DNA from: Oscillospiraceae bacterium | Lineage (GTDB): Bacteria > Bacillota > Clostridia > Oscillospirales > UBA929 | Reading direction: 5' to 3' | DNA: 64,000 nucleotides | NCBI GenBank assembly: GCA_009782215.1 | Contig: WRKO01000007.1 | Coordinates: 9,036 to 73,035, forward strand | Shown here: one piece after another, positions 59,275 to 64,000 of the stretch | How the letters are laid out: every line of letters starts with the position of its first letter | Position numbering within the stretch: position 1 is the stretch's first letter | The notes under the pieces: generated by a model | Database searches by the model: none | The model's input: only the letters and a program-made list of their open reading frames with translations | What the model was told of the DNA's origin: nothing | Made by a program: the position numbers and the translations under genes

Positions 59275-60558
59275 TTGAAGCTGCTAAGTAAACCGGAATA
59301 CCTAGAAACGCTGGAAAAGACCCGTGACGCCCGCATGGCGTGGTGGCGGGAGGCACGGTTCGGGATGTTTGTCCACATCGGACTGTATACCGCTCTGGGT
59401 CGCAATGAATGGGCCATGGGGTTTGAAAACTGGCCGATAAGCGAATATGAAAAGCTGGCGTCCCGTTTTATGGTGAAAGAGGGCGCGGCGGAAGAGTGGG
59501 CAGCCTCGGCCAAAGCGGCGGGGATGAAGTATATGGTTTTAACCACCCGCCACCATGAGGGTTTCAGCCTCTGGGACTCCAAAGCGAATCCCTACAACAG
59601 CGTCAACTTTGGCCCCAAGCGGGACATTGTGCGGGAATTTGTGGACGCCTGCCGGAAATATGATTTGCGAATAGGATTCTATTCATCACTGATGGACTGG
59701 CACCATCCTGACGGCGGGCGGGCCGCTGTTGAAAGCGAAGCGCGCAAGCGATTCAACGACTATCTTTATGCCATCAACGAAGAGCTGCTGACCCAATATG
59801 GTAAAATAGATATCCTTTGGTATGACGTTCCCTGCCCGATGGAGCATCAGGAGGGTTGGAACTCGCTGGAAATGAATCAGCGCCTGCGGGCGCTTCAGCC
59901 GGACATCATTATCAATGATCGGTGTCATCTGCCCGAGGACTTCGGCACCCCCGAGGAACACCTTACCGCCGACAGCAAACGAGATTGGGAGTCCTGCATG
60001 ACCTTCAACGGCATAAGCTGGGGCTACGTGGATTCGGCGCAGGCCGTTCCTTACAGCTATAACGCCAACCGGATCATCAAAATGCTCTCAACCGTCACCT
60101 CAGACGGCGGAAACCTCCTTCTCAACATAGGCCCTGCCCCCGACGGCTCGGTGCCGGCAGAGGCGGTTGAACCCCTCAAAAGGGTGGGACAGTGGCTGGA
60201 ACGTAATGGAGAGTGTGTTTACGGAAAACTCGACCGGAGCAAATACCGTTTCTGTAACGGCGTCTGCTCGGTAAGCGTCAAGGGACGCACCGTATATCTC
60301 TGGAACTGGATATGGCCGGACGACGGCGAAATCGTGATTGGCGGGTTCGGCTCCAAGCTCAAGTCTGTCCGGCTCTTGGAGGGCGGAACGCCGGTAAGCT
60401 TTGAAGAGGGCGACTGGCGTATTACACTCAAAAACCTTCCGAAAAAATCTCCTGACCCGATAGTGGGTGTGTGTGTCCTTGCCTTGGAGTTTGAGGAGGA
60501 CTTGGAATACATCGCGTTTAGAAATTGCCCGTCCCTCAACAACGGCCGGCTGTATTGA
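59275..60558 (+). CDS. GH29 alpha-L-fucosidase family protein (cytoplasmic)
   Basis: ARFGMFVH, TTRHHEGF, DWHH, LWYD, INDR, GNLLLNIGP; TTG start after AGGAGG. Confidence 0.9.
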   Translation: MKLLSKPEYLETLEKTRDARMAWWREARFGMFVHIGLYTALGRNEWAMGFENWPISEYEKLASRFMVKEGAAEEWAASAKAAGMKYMVLTTRHHEGFSLWDSKANPYNSVNFGPKRDIVREFVDACRKYDLRIGFYSSLMDWHHPDGGRAAVESEARKRFNDYLYAINEELLTQYGKIDILWYDVPCPMEHQEGWNSLEMNQRLRALQPDIIINDRCHLPEDFGTPEEHLTADSKRDWESCMTFNGISWGYVDSAQAVPYSYNANRIIKMLSTVTSDGGNLLLNIGPAPDGSVPAEAVEPLKRVGQWLERNGECVYGKLDRSKYRFCNGVCSVSVKGRTVYLWNWIWPDDGEIVIGGFGSKLKSVRLLEGGTPVSFEEGDWRITLKNLPKKSPDPIVGVCVLALEFEEDLEYIAFRNCPSLNNGRLY

Positions 60559-62776
60559 TTTTCACTTCGCCTGCCCCAACGGTGCAGTCCTTACCGTACA
60601 CCTTCAGCGTTACCGCCCCGCCCCGTTCCACTCTAAGAGCTGTTTCGGACGGGGTTATGTCTATATGAAGAAGGCTGTTTCGGATATAGAGACGGAATGA
60701 CAGCCTTCTCCACTCCGGCGGAAGGATGGGGGAAAGTCCCAGCTCCGGCGTATCGCTGCGCAAGCCGGCAAAGCCGTATACAATGTTGAGCCACGCCGCC
60801 GCCGCTGCTGTAAGGTGCAGCCCTTCCCGGGTATTTCTATTGTAATCGTCTAAATCAATCCGCGTGGCGAAGGCAAAAAACTTTTGCGCTTCTTCCAGCC
60901 GTCCCAGCTCGGCGGCCAATATGGAGTGAATGGCCGGGGAGAGGGAGGATTCGTGGATGGTGCGGGGTTCGTAGTAGTCATAATTCGCGCGTTTCTCCTC
61001 CATGGTAAAAGATCCGTTATACAAAAACATTATCATCAGAACATCGGCTTGCTTGATCATATCGGTGCGGAAGAGCCGGTCGTAAGACCAATGGTGATAG
61101 AGAGGGAACTGCTCTATGGGGATTTTGCCGATGTCGGTGTGAGGCAGATAAAAGAATCCGTCGTGCTGCTCATAGACTTCTCCCTCTTTTGGGATGAACA
61201 TATTCTCAGCAATCTCCCGCCATAGCGAAATCTCCTCTTCCGCCGCCGCTTTTGGGGCGGGCATATTTTCAACCGTGTCGGCGGCCACAAGTAGGGTGCG
61301 GCACCCCATGTAGTTGGTATAGCAGTTGTTGTCTACCATCAGATGGAACTCGTCGGGCCCCATCACCCCGTAAAACCCGTATTTGCCGGTGCGCTGGCTC
61401 TTTCCGGCTCTGGCGGCCAAATAGCGGGCAATCTCAGCCAGCATCCCGGCGCCCTCTTCATAGAGATAATCGGTATCCCCCGTGACTAAGGCATAATGGT
61501 ACAGCCCATAAGCCACCGATGTGGTTGGTTGGGGCTGGAGCATGGAATATTGCCAAAGAAAACCGGCCTCTTCCCCGTTTATCGTACAAACAGGGTAGCA
61601 CGCCCCTTCACAGCCGAGGTCTTGGGCGCGTCGCTTCGCCTGCGGCAGTGTTGTCTGCCGGAACTCAAGAAGTTTGCGGGCGGCGGCGGGTTCGGAAAAG
61701 AGGTAGAAGGGTAGGCAGCAAACTTCGGTATCCCAAAAAGCCAGACCGTGGTATTCCTCTCCGGTCAGTCCTTTTGCGCCTATATTGCGCCCCGCTTTGC
61801 CGCCTCGGAAGGTCTGCATGAGCTGAAAAACACAAAAGCGGATTCCCTGCTGGTTCTCTTCGTCTCCCTCTATGAGGATATCCGCTGTCTCCCAACGTTT
61901 GCGCCAATAACGCTTGTTTGACGCCGCGGCTTTGTCAAAAAGCGTTTCCGCCCCGGGAATGAAGAGCCTATCCAGCTCGTCCTGCCCCTCTTCCCAACTG
62001 CCGGGCAGAATGACCGCCGTCTTGCGGACGCAGGCCGTTTGACCCTGCTTGAGATTCAAAACAGCCGATAATCCCACGAATTTCTCCCGGCGCAAAGGAG
62101 CCGTCTCGGCAGGCAAATCAAGCCGGAAACCGGCGAAAACCGTATGCTTCGATTCTTTCGTTTCTCCAAAAATCGCCGCTCCGTTTGCTCGGTGTTCAAA
62201 CCGCAACTCGTTCCAGCAGCGGCGTTTCTTAATTTCGTGCAGCACGTCGAAGTCCAAACCGCTTTCCAGCTCCAGCACCCCGTCGAAATTGAGAGGAGTC
62301 AAACGGATTTGCTGGTAGGCACGCGTCTCCTCCTCCATATCTAAAAAACGCAGGAAAGAGAGCTTTAGCGCTTTGCCTGAGCGTGTGCGCCAGATAAACT
62401 TCCGGGTCAGCGTCCCTTTAGACATATCCAGTGTACGGGTAAAGTCCTCAAAGCGGGAAACCGCCAAGTCCAGCGTCTCCCCGTCAAGGCGGAGCGCGGT
62501 GGAAATCCAGTTGACGGCGGACGCCATGAAGTGGGTGCGCTTGATTTCCCCTTTGTAGAAGCTGTTAATCTGTCCGTCCCACTCCCACAAGCCGTTGATA
62601 TAGCAGCCCGGCAGGGAATCCACCGTCCCCCCCTCGTCAAAAGAGCCGCGCACACCCATATGCTCGTTGGCCAGCGCGAACACCGACTCAGCCACCCGTC
62701 CGTGGGAGGGGTCGTACCCCTTTTCGACCACCTTCCAAGGGTCGGTGTGAAAATATTTATCCGCAGTCTTCGGCAT
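60536..62776 (-). CDS. GH65 alpha-glucoside phosphorylase (maltose/kojibiose phosphorylase family)
   Basis: ESVFALAN, AKGLTGEEY...FWDTE, GPDEFH, KQAD, TIHESSLS. Confidence 0.92.
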   Translation of the reverse strand: MPKTADKYFHTDPWKVVEKGYDPSHGRVAESVFALANEHMGVRGSFDEGGTVDSLPGCYINGLWEWDGQINSFYKGEIKRTHFMASAVNWISTALRLDGETLDLAVSRFEDFTRTLDMSKGTLTRKFIWRTRSGKALKLSFLRFLDMEEETRAYQQIRLTPLNFDGVLELESGLDFDVLHEIKKRRCWNELRFEHRANGAAIFGETKESKHTVFAGFRLDLPAETAPLRREKFVGLSAVLNLKQGQTACVRKTAVILPGSWEEGQDELDRLFIPGAETLFDKAAASNKRYWRKRWETADILIEGDEENQQGIRFCVFQLMQTFRGGKAGRNIGAKGLTGEEYHGLAFWDTEVCCLPFYLFSEPAAARKLLEFRQTTLPQAKRRAQDLGCEGACYPVCTINGEEAGFLWQYSMLQPQPTTSVAYGLYHYALVTGDTDYLYEEGAGMLAEIARYLAARAGKSQRTGKYGFYGVMGPDEFHLMVDNNCYTNYMGCRTLLVAADTVENMPAPKAAAEEEISLWREIAENMFIPKEGEVYEQHDGFFYLPHTDIGKIPIEQFPLYHHWSYDRLFRTDMIKQADVLMIMFLYNGSFTMEEKRANYDYYEPRTIHESSLSPAIHSILAAELGRLEEAQKFFAFATRIDLDDYNRNTREGLHLTAAAAAWLNIVYGFAGLRSDTPELGLSPILPPEWRRLSFRLYIRNSLLHIDITPSETALRVERGGAVTLKVYGKDCTVGAGEVKINTAGRC

Positions 62777-62907
62777 GGCAAAACACTCCTCGTTTTAATT
62801 TCATTCAGGGGAATCTGCAATGAAGCGCAAAGGGGATATGACTTTTACAAGCCTTTCTTCCTTGATTGTATCTTCAAAGAGTATACGGCGCAAGAGAGTC
62901 CCCCGGA

Positions 62908-62935
62908 AAAGTAAAAAAACGGAACCAAATGTAAA
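62908..62935 (+). promoter_or_regulatory. auxiliary copy of the candidate response-regulator site
   Basis: AAAGTAAAAAAACGGAACCAAATGTAAA, matching the copies at 52397 and 63030. Confidence 0.5.
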
Positions 62936-63029
62936 AAACGAGGTGTGTTTATGAGTTGGAAGAACGCAGCAGAGCCGTTTTAGCGCCGGTATAGTACGGT
63001 TGACCAAAAAGAGCGGTGGAACCTTGCCG

Positions 63030-63096
63030 GAAGTATAAAATAAGCACTAAAAGTAGAGTTGCGAGGATTGCCCGCCCCGGAGGAATCTTATAAAAT
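63030..63096 (+). promoter_or_regulatory. candidate activator site plus promoter for the secreted protein
   Basis: GAAGTATAAAATAAGCACTAAAAGTAGA, then TTGCCC (63068-63073), 17 nt, TAAAAT (63091-63096). Confidence 0.62.
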
Positions 63097-63177
63097 AGTG
63101 ATATGGGATGCCATTTCCGTATCGCTATTTTTGTGTAAATAATACAAGCCGGCTTTTGCCGCGAAGGAGGAACCCCT

Positions 63178-64000
63178 ATGAAAAAGATAAGCATTCGCGC
63201 CGCCCTCCGCAGAACCTTTGCAAACACCTTGGCGCTGACAATACTGCTCAGCCTCGCGCTGACCACGAGACTGCCCGCAGCGCGGGCGAACGATGCTTGG
63301 GCGGACAAGGTTTCGCTAACCTTTGTCGATCCGAATACCGATCCCACCGCTGATATCCGACGCCCTGATGATAGCAATCGTTTTGGTGTTACCGACAATA
63401 CTTGGCAGGATGGCGGGGTTTCTTTTGACGGCATAAGAGTGGCTCTGCAGATGTGGCACGCCGATAATTCCACAGCACAAGCGGTTGTATTTGAAGACAA
63501 AGGCCCGTCCCAAGACGAAAGACACGCTTTTTTAGCGGGCAAAATAGAGTCAAGCCGTGACGGCAATACGGGCTACACCATAATGAACATGGTTTTGGCA
63601 AGTGAGTTCAAGGCAGGTCTCACAGGTGACGAAGACTTTAAGGTTACGGTTACATACTTTGACGAAAGAGATGGGCGCAGTCTCCCGGATGGCACTCCCG
63701 ACGCGGGAACGGGCTTCCATATCCTTATACAGGAGGATCAATGGAGAACGGCTGCCCCCGGTAAAATAATACCGGGAAACAGCGGAGAGTGGAAGGCGCA
63801 AGAGTTTACTTTCCAAGGATTTGGAGGCACCACGTTTGGCGGGCATGACATCGCGCTGATTGCGGAAGAACCCGTGTGGATTCACTCCATCGTGGTGGAA
63901 AAAGTCATTGAGCCGGATACAAGAACCGAGAAAGAAAAGCTGCAAGAGTTGTTTGACGAGTGGGAAACCATTTGGCTCGCGGGCAATGCAGGCGACACCT
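63178..64000 (+). CDS. secreted protein, 3'-truncated by the window edge (possible carbohydrate-binding beta-sandwich)
   Basis: AAGGAGG then ATG 63178; frame open to the window end and absent from the ORF track; signal peptide MKKISIR...LPAARA; VTVTYFDE...GNSGEWK. Confidence 0.75.
   Translation, partial: MKKISIRAALRRTFANTLALTILLSLALTTRLPAARANDAWADKVSLTFVDPNTDPTADIRRPDDSNRFGVTDNTWQDGGVSFDGIRVALQMWHADNSTAQAVVFEDKGPSQDERHAFLAGKIESSRDGNTGYTIMNMVLASEFKAGLTGDEDFKVTVTYFDERDGRSLPDGTPDAGTGFHILIQEDQWRTAAPGKIIPGNSGEWKAQEFTFQGFGGTTFGGHDIALIAEEPVWIHSIVVEKVIEPDTRTEKEKLQELFDEWETIWLAGNAGDT

Noticed and set aside
62984-62995. CCGGTATAGT resembling half of the 45373-45393 palindrome (also CATAGTTTG at 42771)
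   Set aside because: Half-site matches only and too short to separate from chance.
62949-63945. Minus-strand ORFs 62949-63566 and 63550-63945, and plus-strand 63108-63353
   Set aside because: They overlap the better-supported secreted-protein frame starting at 63178.

Overview
A 64-kb chromosomal window from a GC-rich, probably Clostridia-type Bacillota genome (inferred from sigma-A promoters, lipoprotein substrate-binding proteins, split gcvPA/gcvPB and type III glutamine synthetase). In order it holds: (1) lipoprotein GH9 and GH13 glycosidases, a very large cytoplasmic multi-PAS/GAF hybrid kinase, and a galactan ABC/GH53 operon; (2) a zinc-ribbon-clostripain / TIGR00266 / subtilase cluster; (3) an Lrp-aminotransferase-HisF-GSIII nitrogen cluster with a leader attenuator; (4) a glycine cleavage operon coupled to a heterodimeric ABC exporter and two uncharacterised genes; (5) a secreted papain-fold protein that appears catalytically dead; (6) an AT-richer 8-kb block between convergent tRNA-Pro and tRNA-Arg genes, with a hybrid kinase and two head-to-head MalT-like STAND-LuxR regulators around a perfect palindrome, both tRNAs being followed by related long hairpins; (7) tRNA-Leu, CPT-like and GNAT genes; (8) a two-component-regulated sugar locus (ABC, GH2, GH29, GH65, truncated secreted protein) with a repeated operator-like motif. 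I saw no CRISPR array, rRNA, integrase or transposase. All family calls come from motif recognition by eye, without database searches. The best candidates for undescribed biology are the paired STAND regulators with the tRNA-trailer hairpins, the papain pseudoenzyme, the D130Q HisF-like protein and the ParB/Srx-BMP fusion.
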